Shown piece by piece: positions 24,841-33,413 of a stretch of DNA of 64,000 bases. The stretch covers positions 5,092-69,091 of the forward strand of contig VYBN01000018.1 of NCBI GenBank assembly GCA_009844425.1. The letters run 5' to 3'. Origin of the DNA: Gammaproteobacteria bacterium (GTDB taxonomy: Bacteria > Pseudomonadota > Gammaproteobacteria > Steroidobacterales > Foliamicaceae). The first letter of the stretch is position 1. Each line of letters opens with the position of its first letter. The translations under genes were made by a program, and so were the position numbers. The notes under the pieces are model-generated. The model searched no databases and had not been told where the DNA came from. It saw only the letters and a list, made by a program, of their open reading frames with translations.

Positions 24841-26412
24841 ATGAACAGGACGATCCCCACGGGCGCGCTGGCCGGACTGTTATGGGCCGCGGCGTTCTGC
24901 TTCTACCCGGAGTGGACGCTGGTCCGCTGGTTCATAGGCATGGCGGGACTGACCCTGCTCCTTTCGCTGTGGTCGGGCGAGCGGGCCGCCGGCAGTCCGA
25001 GGGCGGCCGCGGCCGGAAGCTTTGCCTTCGGCCTGTGCGCCTTCTCGGCCGCCTGCTACTGGATCTATCACAGCGTGCGCATCGTCAGCGGGGGGCCGGT
25101 GGCGCTGGCCGTGGCGCTGGTCGTCCTGCTGGCGGCCGTGATGGGCTGCTGGTACGCGCTGGGCGGCTACTGGGCGGCGCGCATGCAGCTGAAAAGGCCC
25201 TGGGTGGCGCTGCTGGTGGTGCTGCCCTGCGTCCTGGTGCTGACCGAGTGGCTCAGGGGCTGGGTCTTCACCGGATTCCCCTGGTTGAGCGCGGGATACC
25301 TCACCGCCCCCGTGTTTGCCGGCCGGATTCCGTCAATGCCGGCGTCCCTGGGCGGCATGTACCTGGTGGGATTGACGACGGCGTTGCTGGCCGGCGCCTG
25401 CCTGCTTGTCTGGCGCAGCGCTCCCGGCCTCATGCTCCGGGGATTGGGCCTGGTCCTGCTGCTTGGCGGCGCCGCCGGGCTGGGGCAGATTTCGCTTCCG
25501 GAAAGCAATGGCCCGTCGCGCGGCCAACTGCACGCAAGGCTCGTGCAGGGCGGCATTCCCCAGGAGCGGAAGTGGCTGGAAGAGGAGTTCCTGCCGACGC
25601 TTACCCGCTACGAACTGCTGAGCTTCGGACAGCCGATGCCGGGTGGCGCTCCGGAGCCCGCGCTGATCGTCTGGCCGGAGGTCGCGGTCCCCCAAACGCA
25701 GGATTTCGTCCGCGACTATCTCGACGAAATGGACCGCCTGTTGCGCGCCCGGCGGATCGCCCTGGCGCTTGGGATTCTCACCGAAACCGACGCTGGCCGA
25801 TTCAATTCCCTGATCGTGCTGGGCAACGGCCGGGGGACCTATCACAAGCACCACCTGGTGCCCTTCGGGGAGTTCTTCCCCGTGCCCGATGCGATAAGGG
25901 ACTGGCTGCTGAGCATGAACCTTCCCGCCAGCGACCTCGTTCCCGGGCCGGCCGGACAGGCGCCGCTCACGGCCGGGGAGGCCGTCTGCGGCGTGAGCAT
26001 CTGCTACGAGGCGGCGTTCGGTTCGGAGCAGCGGCGATGGGCGCCGGCGGCGGAGGTTCTCATCAACGTCAGCAATGACGGCTGGTTCGGCGACACCGTG
26101 GCGCTGGAGCAGCATCTGGACATGGCGCGAGTGCGTGCGATGGAAACCGGCCGCTACCTGCTGCGCGTGACGGGCACCGGCATTACCGCGGCGGTGGACC
26201 CCCGCGGCCGCGTCATCGGCCGGCTGCCGAAGTACGAACCCGGTTTTCTGGACGTGAGCGTTGCGCGGCTGGCGGGCTCGACGCCCTACGTGCGTTACGG
26301 AGAATGGCCCGTGGTCGTCCTGTGCCTGCTGCTGGGAATCGCGCTTCCCGCAACAGTTAGAATCCGCAGAGGCGGGCGGGCGGCGTTCGGGGCTTCGGAG
26401 GAGCGGAAATGA
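24841..26412 (+). CDS. lnt: apolipoprotein N-acyltransferase
   Basis: ATG at 24841. Multi-TM N-terminal half plus a CN-hydrolase domain (VSICYEAAF). Confidence 0.88.
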   Translation: MNRTIPTGALAGLLWAAAFCFYPEWTLVRWFIGMAGLTLLLSLWSGERAAGSPRAAAAGSFAFGLCAFSAACYWIYHSVRIVSGGPVALAVALVVLLAAVMGCWYALGGYWAARMQLKRPWVALLVVLPCVLVLTEWLRGWVFTGFPWLSAGYLTAPVFAGRIPSMPASLGGMYLVGLTTALLAGACLLVWRSAPGLMLRGLGLVLLLGGAAGLGQISLPESNGPSRGQLHARLVQGGIPQERKWLEEEFLPTLTRYELLSFGQPMPGGAPEPALIVWPEVAVPQTQDFVRDYLDEMDRLLRARRIALALGILTETDAGRFNSLIVLGNGRGTYHKHHLVPFGEFFPVPDAIRDWLLSMNLPASDLVPGPAGQAPLTAGEAVCGVSICYEAAFGSEQRRWAPAAEVLINVSNDGWFGDTVALEQHLDMARVRAMETGRYLLRVTGTGITAAVDPRGRVIGRLPKYEPGFLDVSVARLAGSTPYVRYGEWPVVVLCLLLGIALPATVRIRRGGRAAFGASEERK

Positions 26413-27896
26413 GTGTAAGAAGAAGACAGGTCCTCAAGGGAGCGCTCTCTCTTTCCGCCTTGTCTCTTTCCTTCCCGCTCCTGAAGCCCGTGACCGGTTT
26501 CGCCGCCGAAAAGGCCACGGCCATCGTGATCGGAGGCGGCCTGTCGGGACTCAACTGCGCGCTGCTGCTTTCGGAGTTCGGCATCGACGTGATCCTGCTG
26601 GAGGGGGCCGACCGAGTGGGCGGACGCGCCCATACGGCCGACGGCGTGGAGACGCGCCCGGAATACGGCGCCAGCGAGGTGGGCCGTTCTTATGCGCGGG
26701 CCATCGACCTGTGCTCGCGGCTGGACGTCGAGCTTCTGCCGGATACCCGCAGCCTGATGCCGATGTCCAACTACGTTGACGGAACATGGGTCAGGTCCGG
26801 GGACTGGGCCGATTCCCCGGTCAACAGGATGGCCGACAACGAGCGCGAACTGCCGCCGCTCATGGTGGGCATGGGCCTTTTGTCGCGGCTGAACCCGCTG
26901 CAGAACCTGGACGACTGGCTGTCTCCCGAATTCGCCGCCTACGACATCTCGATGCGCGAACTGTTCCTGAACAACGGCGTCTCGGAGGCCGCCCTGCGGC
27001 TGGCGGCAGTCCCCATGGATCTGCGCATGACCTCCAGCCTCGGCATGATGCAGGAGCGAACGCGGACCCTGTTCGACGCGAATTTCGGAAGGACGCAGAC
27101 CCAGGCCGCGGACACGCCCTTCGGCCTGGCGGCCACGCGCGAGGAAGGCGAGGAAACCTTCCCGGTGCGGACGATAGCGGGCGGCACGTCGAGACTGCCG
27201 GAAGCGATGGCCGCCGCGCTGGGCGACCGGGTCCGGCTGGGCAAGGTGGTCGCGGGAATCGACATGTCCGGGTCGGACGCGGAAATCCGCTGCCTGGACG
27301 GCAGCCGCTACCGGGCCGATTTCGTGGTCTCCGCCATGCCGTTCACGACCTTGCGCAATATTTCGGTTTCGCCGGGATTCTCGGGCCGCCAGGCCGAAGC
27401 GGTGCTGACGCTGGGTTACCGCGGCACGACGCGCGCCTGGGGGGTTATAGAGGAACCGTACTGGGAAGACGACGGGCTGGAACCGTCGTTCTTCACCGAC
27501 GAAACCATTCAGACGGTGGTGGTGCTGGACAAGCTGACCGGAGAGGACACGCACCGGTGTTCGGTCATTTTCACCGGCCCGTCCGCGGCGCGGATCGACC
27601 AGATGCCCGACGACCAGGCCCTCGCCCTGATCGAATCGGAAATCGCCCGGATCCGTCCTTCGACCAAAGGCAAGATGCGCTTCGTGGACCTGTACGGCTG
27701 GCGCAAGAATCCCCTGATTCAGGGGTGCCGCCACCTGTTCGGTCCGGGCCAGATATCGAGGTTCGCCAAAGAAATGATCTTGCCGCACCACCGCCTGCAC
27801 TTCGCTGGAGAACACACCCGGCGCATGGACTTCGGGATGGAGGCCGCGCTGGAAAGCGGCGAGCGGGCCGCGTTCGAAATCCTTCAGCGCGCATGA
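26409..27896 (+). CDS. Tat-exported flavin amine oxidase family protein
   Basis: Twin-arginine leader SVRRRQVLKG and FAD fold VIGGGLSGL. The start overlaps the lnt stop. Confidence 0.8.
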   Translation: MSVRRRQVLKGALSLSALSLSFPLLKPVTGFAAEKATAIVIGGGLSGLNCALLLSEFGIDVILLEGADRVGGRAHTADGVETRPEYGASEVGRSYARAIDLCSRLDVELLPDTRSLMPMSNYVDGTWVRSGDWADSPVNRMADNERELPPLMVGMGLLSRLNPLQNLDDWLSPEFAAYDISMRELFLNNGVSEAALRLAAVPMDLRMTSSLGMMQERTRTLFDANFGRTQTQAADTPFGLAATREEGEETFPVRTIAGGTSRLPEAMAAALGDRVRLGKVVAGIDMSGSDAEIRCLDGSRYRADFVVSAMPFTTLRNISVSPGFSGRQAEAVLTLGYRGTTRAWGVIEEPYWEDDGLEPSFFTDETIQTVVVLDKLTGEDTHRCSVIFTGPSAARIDQMPDDQALALIESEIARIRPSTKGKMRFVDLYGWRKNPLIQGCRHLFGPGQISRFAKEMILPHHRLHFAGEHTRRMDFGMEAALESGERAAFEILQRA

Positions 27897-28330
27897 AGAT
27901 TCCGGGAAGGCTGATCGCGGCAGGCGCGCTGTGCGCGGTCCTGCTCAGCGGAACCGCCGCCCTGTCGCTTGCCGGCCAGGATGCCCCGCCGGGACAGGAC
28001 GCCGCGGCCGACGCAACTCCCGACCCCCGAATGCTGGCGCAGGGGAAACGGCTTTACATTCTCTGCCAGGCCTGCCACGCCACGGAGGCGGATCCCGGCG
28101 ACAAGATCGGTCCGCACCTTGCCGGCATCGTCAATCGGCCGGTGGCGAGCGCGGAGGGTACCGTCTATTCCGACGCGTTGCGGGCCCAGGATTTTGTCTG
28201 GAGCGAGGAAAACCTGGACCTTTGGCTGCAGCGGCCGGCGGAAATGGTTCCCGGCACGAGCATGAGCTTTGCGGGTCTTCCCGGGGAAGAACTCCGCCGG
28301 GCCCTGATCGCCTACCTGAACACCCTCTAG
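27893..28330 (+). CDS. class I c-type cytochrome (c2-like)
   Basis: The ATG overlaps the amine oxidase stop (ATGA). Signal peptide, CQACH haem motif and a distal Met region (PGTSMSF). Confidence 0.8.
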   Translation: MKIPGRLIAAGALCAVLLSGTAALSLAGQDAPPGQDAAADATPDPRMLAQGKRLYILCQACHATEADPGDKIGPHLAGIVNRPVASAEGTVYSDALRAQDFVWSEENLDLWLQRPAEMVPGTSMSFAGLPGEELRRALIAYLNTL

Positions 28331-28344
28331 CAGGGAGGGCACGT

Positions 28345-28432
28345 CCCTCGCGGCATCCCGCCCTTCCACCCGAGGTTTTTAGAGGACGGAACGTCCTCGT
28401 TTCCCGGGTGGAAGGGCGGGATGCCGCGAGGG
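28345..28432. repeat. 88-bp palindromic element with 28-bp perfect arms
   Basis: CCCTCGCGGCATCCCGCCCTTCCACCCG (28345-72) pairs with its reverse complement at 28405-32. The inner hairpin is GAGGACG-GAA-CGTCCTC. It lies between convergent genes. Confidence 0.7.
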
Positions 28433-28452
28433 GCGCGCCGCCCCCTTTCGGC

Positions 28453-29289
28453 TCAGGTCCGGCTGACGCGGAGCCGCTTCACCCGCCGACGGTCGGCGGA
28501 GACGACCTCGAAGCGCCACCCTCCGGCTTCCACGGAGTCGCCACGCCGGGGCAATCGGCCCAGGCGATGAATGACCAGCCCGCCCACCGTGTCGAATTCG
28601 CCGGTATCCAGCTCCGAACCGATCTCCTCGTCGAAGTCCTCGATCCGCATCTTCGCGCTGACCAGGAAACTGCCGTCATCCTGCCGCACCAGTTCCGGCG
28701 CCTGCTCGGGATCGTGCTCGTCGCCGATTTCGCCCACGATCTGCTCCAGGACATCTTCAATGGTCAGCAGCCCGGCGGTCCCGCCATACTCGTCGACGAC
28801 CACGGCGAGATGATTGCGGCCGCGGAGAAATTCGTCGAGCAGGGCGTCGAGGCGCTTGGTTTCGGGAATCAGCGTGACGGGCCTTAGCAATGGCTTGATC
28901 TCCAGCTTGTCCTCCGGCGAATCCGTAAGGGCCCGCAGCACATCCTTGGCCAGCAGACTCCCGACGACCTCGTCGCGGTTCTCGCCGATGACCGGGAAAC
29001 GCGAGTGGCCGGAACTGATGATTGTGGACAGGAGCTTCTCGCGGCTGTCGTCCAGGCGCAGAACCACCATGCTGGAACGCTGCACCATCACCTCGTGGAC
29101 TTCGCGCCGGGAGACCTCCAGGACGCCTTCAATCATCGCCTTCTCGCCCGGCGTGATCTCCTTGACGCCCGCCAGATCCGCCAGCAGTCTCAGCAAGCCG
29201 TCGCGGGTGAGCCGCCCGCGTCCCGCAAGCCGCCCCAGGAATTCCCGGGCGCCGCTCACTCGCGCTCCTCCGCCCACGGATCCGGCCAT
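28453..29289 (-). CDS. corC: CBS-pair/CorC_HlyC magnesium-cobalt efflux protein
   Basis: Typical CorC/YbeX layout and its position after ybeY. Confidence 0.85.
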   Translation of the reverse strand: MAGSVGGGARVSGAREFLGRLAGRGRLTRDGLLRLLADLAGVKEITPGEKAMIEGVLEVSRREVHEVMVQRSSMVVLRLDDSREKLLSTIISSGHSRFPVIGENRDEVVGSLLAKDVLRALTDSPEDKLEIKPLLRPVTLIPETKRLDALLDEFLRGRNHLAVVVDEYGGTAGLLTIEDVLEQIVGEIGDEHDPEQAPELVRQDDGSFLVSAKMRIEDFDEEIGSELDTGEFDTVGGLVIHRLGRLPRRGDSVEAGGWRFEVVSADRRRVKRLRVSRT

Positions 29290-29708
29290 CCGGCCTGCGT
29301 CAGCAGTTCCGATTCGAGCGACTCCATCGCCCGGGCCTGCTCCGGATCGTGGTGGCCGAGCCCCGCCAGGTGCAGCGATCCGTGCACGACGAGGTGGGCC
29401 AGGTGCGCGCCCGGCGTGGAGCCGCGGCCGCCGGATTCCGAGCGAACCAGCGGCATGCAGATCACGATGTCGCCGATTTCTCCCAGTTCGCGGTCCGACG
29501 GAAAGGCCAGCACGTTAGTGGGCCGGTCGACGCCCCGCCACCTGCGGTTCAACTCGCGGCTCTCGGCTTCCTCGACCAGGCGCACGGTCACCGCGCCATC
29601 GCGCGTGAATCGCGTCAGGCTGCTCCGCACCAGTTCGCGTATCCCCGCGCCGGACAGCTCCGCTTCCGGAACCAGGTCCGAGGCGTCCTGGATCGCAACC
29701 TGAATCAT
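29256..29708 (-). CDS. ybeY: rRNA maturation endoribonuclease YbeY
   Basis: HGSLHLAGLGHHD metal motif. 150 aa. Confidence 0.9.
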   Translation of the reverse strand: MIQVAIQDASDLVPEAELSGAGIRELVRSSLTRFTRDGAVTVRLVEEAESRELNRRWRGVDRPTNVLAFPSDRELGEIGDIVICMPLVRSESGGRGSTPGAHLAHLVVHGSLHLAGLGHHDPEQARAMESLESELLTQAGWPDPWAEERE

Positions 29709-30712
29709 GACTTTTCCGTGGCGCCGTAGGCCTCGAGAATCTTCTTCACCAGGGCGTGGCGGACCACGTCGCGCGCGGTGAAATAGACGGTCGCAATACC
29801 GGGGACGGACTTGAGTATCCTCAGCGCGTGGCGCATGCCGCTCTCGCGATCGGACGGAAGATCCACCTGCGTGATGTCCCCCGTGACGACCGCGCGGGAA
29901 TCGGCGCCGAACCGGGTCAGGAACATCTTCATCTGCTCGGGCGTGGTGTTCTGGCCTTCATCCAGTATGACGAAGCTGCTGTTGAGCGATCGGCCGCGCA
30001 TATAGGCCAGCGGCGCCACTTCGATCACGCCGCGTTCCAGCCAGCGGGCCACCCGTTCCGGCCCCAGCATCGCGTAGAGCGCGTCGTAAACCGGCCGCAG
30101 GTAGGGATCAACCTTGCTGGCCAGGTCGCCGGGCAGGAAGCCCAGCCGCTCGCCGGCCTCCACGGCCGGTCGCACCAGAACGATGCGCTGCACGTGTCCC
30201 GCGCTGTGCGCTTCGAGTGCGCAAGCCACCGCCAGCCAGGTCTTTCCGGTCCCGGCGGGCCCGATGCCGAAGGTCAGATCGCGCGAACGAATCTCCTTCA
30301 CGTAGCGGCGCTGATTGGCGCCGCGCGGACGCACGCGGATCCGGGGCGTAACGACCACCGGCTGCGCGTCTTCGCCGCCGTCCCGGCCGACGGACGAATC
30401 CCCTTCCGCGCCGCTGCCGTTGGCCGCCGGATCGCTGCCGGCGCCTTCGGCGCATTCCGCCAGGCAGGCCTGGATGCGGGCCGCGTCCAGCGATTCCTCG
30501 GCGGCCATGCGATACAGCTCGGTCAGCGCCAGGGCGCCCGCGCTGATGGCTTCCTTCGATCCACGCACGCGGAACCGGTTGCCCCTGCTTGATATCCGCA
30601 CGCCCAGGCCCTGTTCGATCTGGCGCAGGTGCCTGTCGAATTCCCCGCACAGGTTCGCCAGCGCGCCATTGTCCGCGGGCCGGAGGACGACCTCCCTAAT
30701 GTGCTGTTCCAT
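29705..30712 (-). CDS. ybeZ: PhoH-like ATPase (YbeZ)
   Basis: Walker A GPAGTGKT and PhoH-family sequence throughout. Confidence 0.9.
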   Translation of the reverse strand: MEQHIREVVLRPADNGALANLCGEFDRHLRQIEQGLGVRISSRGNRFRVRGSKEAISAGALALTELYRMAAEESLDAARIQACLAECAEGAGSDPAANGSGAEGDSSVGRDGGEDAQPVVVTPRIRVRPRGANQRRYVKEIRSRDLTFGIGPAGTGKTWLAVACALEAHSAGHVQRIVLVRPAVEAGERLGFLPGDLASKVDPYLRPVYDALYAMLGPERVARWLERGVIEVAPLAYMRGRSLNSSFVILDEGQNTTPEQMKMFLTRFGADSRAVVTGDITQVDLPSDRESGMRHALRILKSVPGIATVYFTARDVVRHALVKKILEAYGATEKS

Positions 30713-30964
30713 GAGTTCCTTGCCTTTCAGAGCGGGCCTGAAGCGTCAATGCAAGGCGCCGTCCGCAGGGAATACGTCCGTATTGCCCAGGACGGCAACG
30801 CCGCAGTGGCGCTTCAGGCCCGCTCCCGCAGGGCGTGTCTCCTGTGGCCCGTGGCCGCGTTGCGTCCCTTGGCAATGGGAGAAACCATTACCGGCGGAAC
30901 GCGCCTTGCCACACGCCACAGGAGACACGCTGAAAGGCAAGGAACTCATGGAACAGCACATTAG
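30696..30964. repeat. perfect 35-bp inverted repeat flanking a 199-bp structured segment, including the phoH RBS and start codon
   Basis: CTAATGTGCTGTTCCATGAGTTCCTTGCCTTTCAG at 30696-30730 and its exact reverse complement at 30930-30964. The interior holds two further long hairpins. Confidence 0.9.
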
Positions 30965-30995
30965 TGGGCCTGGCTATTCAGGGCGCGTGTAAGCC

Positions 30996-32336
30996 TCAGG
31001 CCGCAAGGGATTCCGGCAGCAGCCGGCCGCGCAGTGAATTCGGCAATGCTTCGGTAATCGCAACGTCAACAAATCGCCCGGTCAGCGAGGGCGGTCCGTC
31101 AAAGTTTACCCAGCGATTGTTGCCCGTGCGACCCGCCAGCAGTCCTTCGCCGCGGCGGGCCGGACGCTCGACGAGAATCTGCTGTGAAGTATTGACCATT
31201 TGCGCGGAAATCCGGCGCGCCTGGCCGGTGATCAATGCCTGCAGCCGCTGAAGCCGCCTCAGCCTGACGTCGTGCGGCACCTGTTCTTCCATGCGTTCGG
31301 CGGGCGTGCCCGGGCGCGGGCTGTACATGAAGCTGAAGGACTGGTCGAACCCGATGTCCTCGACCAGCGCCAGCGTGTCGGCGAACTCCGCTTCGGTCTC
31401 GCCGGGAAAACCCACGATGAAGTCGGAAGCCACGCTGATGCCGGGCCGGGCGCGCCTCAGACGGGCGATCTTGTCCCGATACTCGTCCGCCGTATAGCCG
31501 CGCTTCATGCGGGCCAGCACGCTGTCCGAGCCGCTCTGCACCGGCAGGTGCAGGTAGGAAGGCAGCTTGTCGAAGCGGGCGTAGGCATCGATCAGCCGGC
31601 CGTCGAATTCCATGGGGTGGGAGGTCGTGAAGCGGATCCTGCCGATGCCCTTCAGTTTCGACACGTAGCGAATCAGCCCGGCGAGGTCCTCGAGTCCGCC
31701 CGACGGCGCAACTCCGCGATAGCCGTTGACGTTCTGGCCCAGCAGGTTGATTTCGCGCACGCCCTGGCGCTCAAGCTGGATCGCCTCGGCCAGCACGTCG
31801 GCCACGGGCCTGGAGATCTCCTCGCCGCGCGTGTACGGCACGACGCAAAACGAGCAATACTTGCTGCAGCCCTCCATGATCGACAGGTGGGCCACGGGCG
31901 AGGCGGTCTTCGGCGCCGGCAATTCGGCGAATTTTTCTTCAGCGGGAAATGCGATATCCACTACCGGTCCGGAAGAGTCCGCCGACTGCTGAAGCAGGCC
32001 GGGCAGCCGGTGCAGCGTTTGCGGTCCGAAAATGATGTCCACGTAGGGCGCGCGCTTGCCTATGGCGTCGCCTTCCTGGCTTGCGACGCAACCGCCCACG
32101 CCGATTTTCATTTCGGGCCGCTTGCGCTTGAGGGCCTTGTAGCGGCCAAGCTCGGAGAACAGTTTTTCCTGGGGTTTTTCGCGGACCGAGCAGGTGTTGA
32201 TCAGGACGAGGTCGGCTTCCTCGGGATTTTCGGTGAGGGTGTAGCCGCGGCTCTCGCGCAGCACGTCCGCCATGCGCGCGGAGTCGTACTCGTTCATCTG
32301 GCACCCGAAGGTGCGTATGAAGAGTTTGCCGCTCAT
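30996..32336 (-). CDS. miaB: tRNA-2-methylthio-N6-dimethylallyladenosine synthase
   Basis: N-terminus [10 protein letters not shown], radical-SAM motif CSKYCSFC and a TRAM-like C-terminus. Confidence 0.93.
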   Translation of the reverse strand: MSGKLFIRTFGCQMNEYDSARMADVLRESRGYTLTENPEEADLVLINTCSVREKPQEKLFSELGRYKALKRKRPEMKIGVGGCVASQEGDAIGKRAPYVDIIFGPQTLHRLPGLLQQSADSSGPVVDIAFPAEEKFAELPAPKTASPVAHLSIMEGCSKYCSFCVVPYTRGEEISRPVADVLAEAIQLERQGVREINLLGQNVNGYRGVAPSGGLEDLAGLIRYVSKLKGIGRIRFTTSHPMEFDGRLIDAYARFDKLPSYLHLPVQSGSDSVLARMKRGYTADEYRDKIARLRRARPGISVASDFIVGFPGETEAEFADTLALVEDIGFDQSFSFMYSPRPGTPAERMEEQVPHDVRLRRLQRLQALITGQARRISAQMVNTSQQILVERPARRGEGLLAGRTGNNRWVNFDGPPSLTGRFVDVAITEALPNSLRGRLLPESLAA

Positions 32337-32385
32337 TGATCACGCCCTTTCATTGCCCCGCTCTTCCCGGAGACGCTTCGATCAC

Positions 32386-32493
32386 GCCCTACATTTACCC
32401 CCTTCGTCCGGGAGACGCATGAATCCATCCATGGAGCTTGGTTCCGGCATCCCTGCCTCCAACACTCCCTGACGAAGGGGGTAAATGTAGGGC
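32386..32493. repeat. 108-bp MITE-like hairpin element (29-bp arms with 1 mismatch), same family as 23646-23752
   Basis: The arms are 32386-414 and 32465-93. A diverged extra copy of the left arm lies at about 32337-32375. Confidence 0.7.
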
Positions 32494-32525
32494 TCACGGT
32501 GTGCCCGATCCCGGAGGGAGGAGGC

Positions 32526-32972
32526 TCAGAAGGGGACCTCGTCGTCCATGACGCCGGCGTCCGCGCTTCCCATGCTGCTTCGCTGGGCGTTGCCGGACTG
32601 CTGGGACGAGCGCCGCTGGTCGTAGTCGCCGCCGCCGCCGCGCCGGTCGAGGAACTGCATGTCATCGGCCACGACTTCGGTGCTGCGCCGCTCCTGTCCC
32701 TCACGATCCTGCCAGGAGCGCGTGCGCAAGCGCCCCTCGACGTAGATCCGCGAACCCTTCTGCAGGTACTGCTGCGCCAGTTCGGCGCGGCGGCCGAAAA
32801 GCACCACGTTGTGCCACTCCGTATGCTCCTGGACCTGGCCGGTGTCGCGCCGGGTCCAGCGCTCGTTCGTCGCGATCCGGATGTTCGCCACCGCGTTTCC
32901 GTTCGTCATCTGGCGAACTTCCACATCGTGCCCCAGGTTGCCGACCAGTATTACCTTGTTTACGCCGCGCAT
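32526..32972 (-). CDS. ssb: single-stranded DNA-binding protein
   Basis: OB fold N-terminus [11 protein letters not shown], a Gly/Gln-rich linker and an acidic tip DDEVPF. Confidence 0.93.
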   Translation of the reverse strand: MRGVNKVILVGNLGHDVEVRQMTNGNAVANIRIATNERWTRRDTGQVQEHTEWHNVVLFGRRAELAQQYLQKGSRIYVEGRLRTRSWQDREGQERRSTEVVADDMQFLDRRGGGGDYDQRRSSQQSGNAQRSSMGSADAGVMDDEVPF

Positions 32973-33146
32973 TTCTCACTCTCCCAAGCATTTCCGCGCA
33001 TCTCGCCGCGGAATTGAACTATTGTGCCATTACTCGGCGGAATCCTCGCGGCGAACGCGCCCGATATTTGCCACGCATACGGCGACAATGAGCACCGGCA
33101 TGCGCAAATAGGGCAAACGCACCGTCTTTCCATATCATTACTGCGT

Positions 33147-33413
33147 ATGGGCAAAGCGCTGATCAGAACCGTAATCAACTTGACCGTGAGCCAGAAGGCA
33201 TGGCTGGACCAGCAGGCAGTTCTGCGCCGTGTGTCGATATCTTCGCTGATTCGCCGGGCGGTAAGCGAGTATCGGATACGGGAACAACGCCGCGCGGGCG
33301 TGCCGTTCGAAGAAGTGCTGAATCTTACGGCAGGCATCTGGGAAGCTGAAGACGGCTTCGATTACCAGGAACGCATTCGCAAGGAATGGCGCGGGGCATT
33401 GGATTCCGGTTGA
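33147..33413 (+). CDS. ribbon-helix-helix (CopG-like) small protein
   Basis: Internal ATG at 33147 (MGKALIRTVINLTVSQKAWLDQQA...SISSLIRRAV). Its stop overlaps the start of the next gene (TGATG). Confidence 0.6.
   Translation: MGKALIRTVINLTVSQKAWLDQQAVLRRVSISSLIRRAVSEYRIREQRRAGVPFEEVLNLTAGIWEAEDGFDYQERIRKEWRGALDSG

Noticed and set aside
26786-28330. 514-aa ORF in the track
   Set aside because: Only the last 145 codons (from ATG 27893) form a plausible protein, a signal peptide followed by a CQACH cytochrome c. The upstream part overlaps the amine oxidase gene in another frame and is Arg/Gly/Pro-rich.
32973-33146. A canonical LexA/SOS box (CTGT-N8-ACAG) upstream of ssb
   Set aside because: No match was found by eye in the ssb upstream region. 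See the separate low-interest note on the uvrA upstream repeats.
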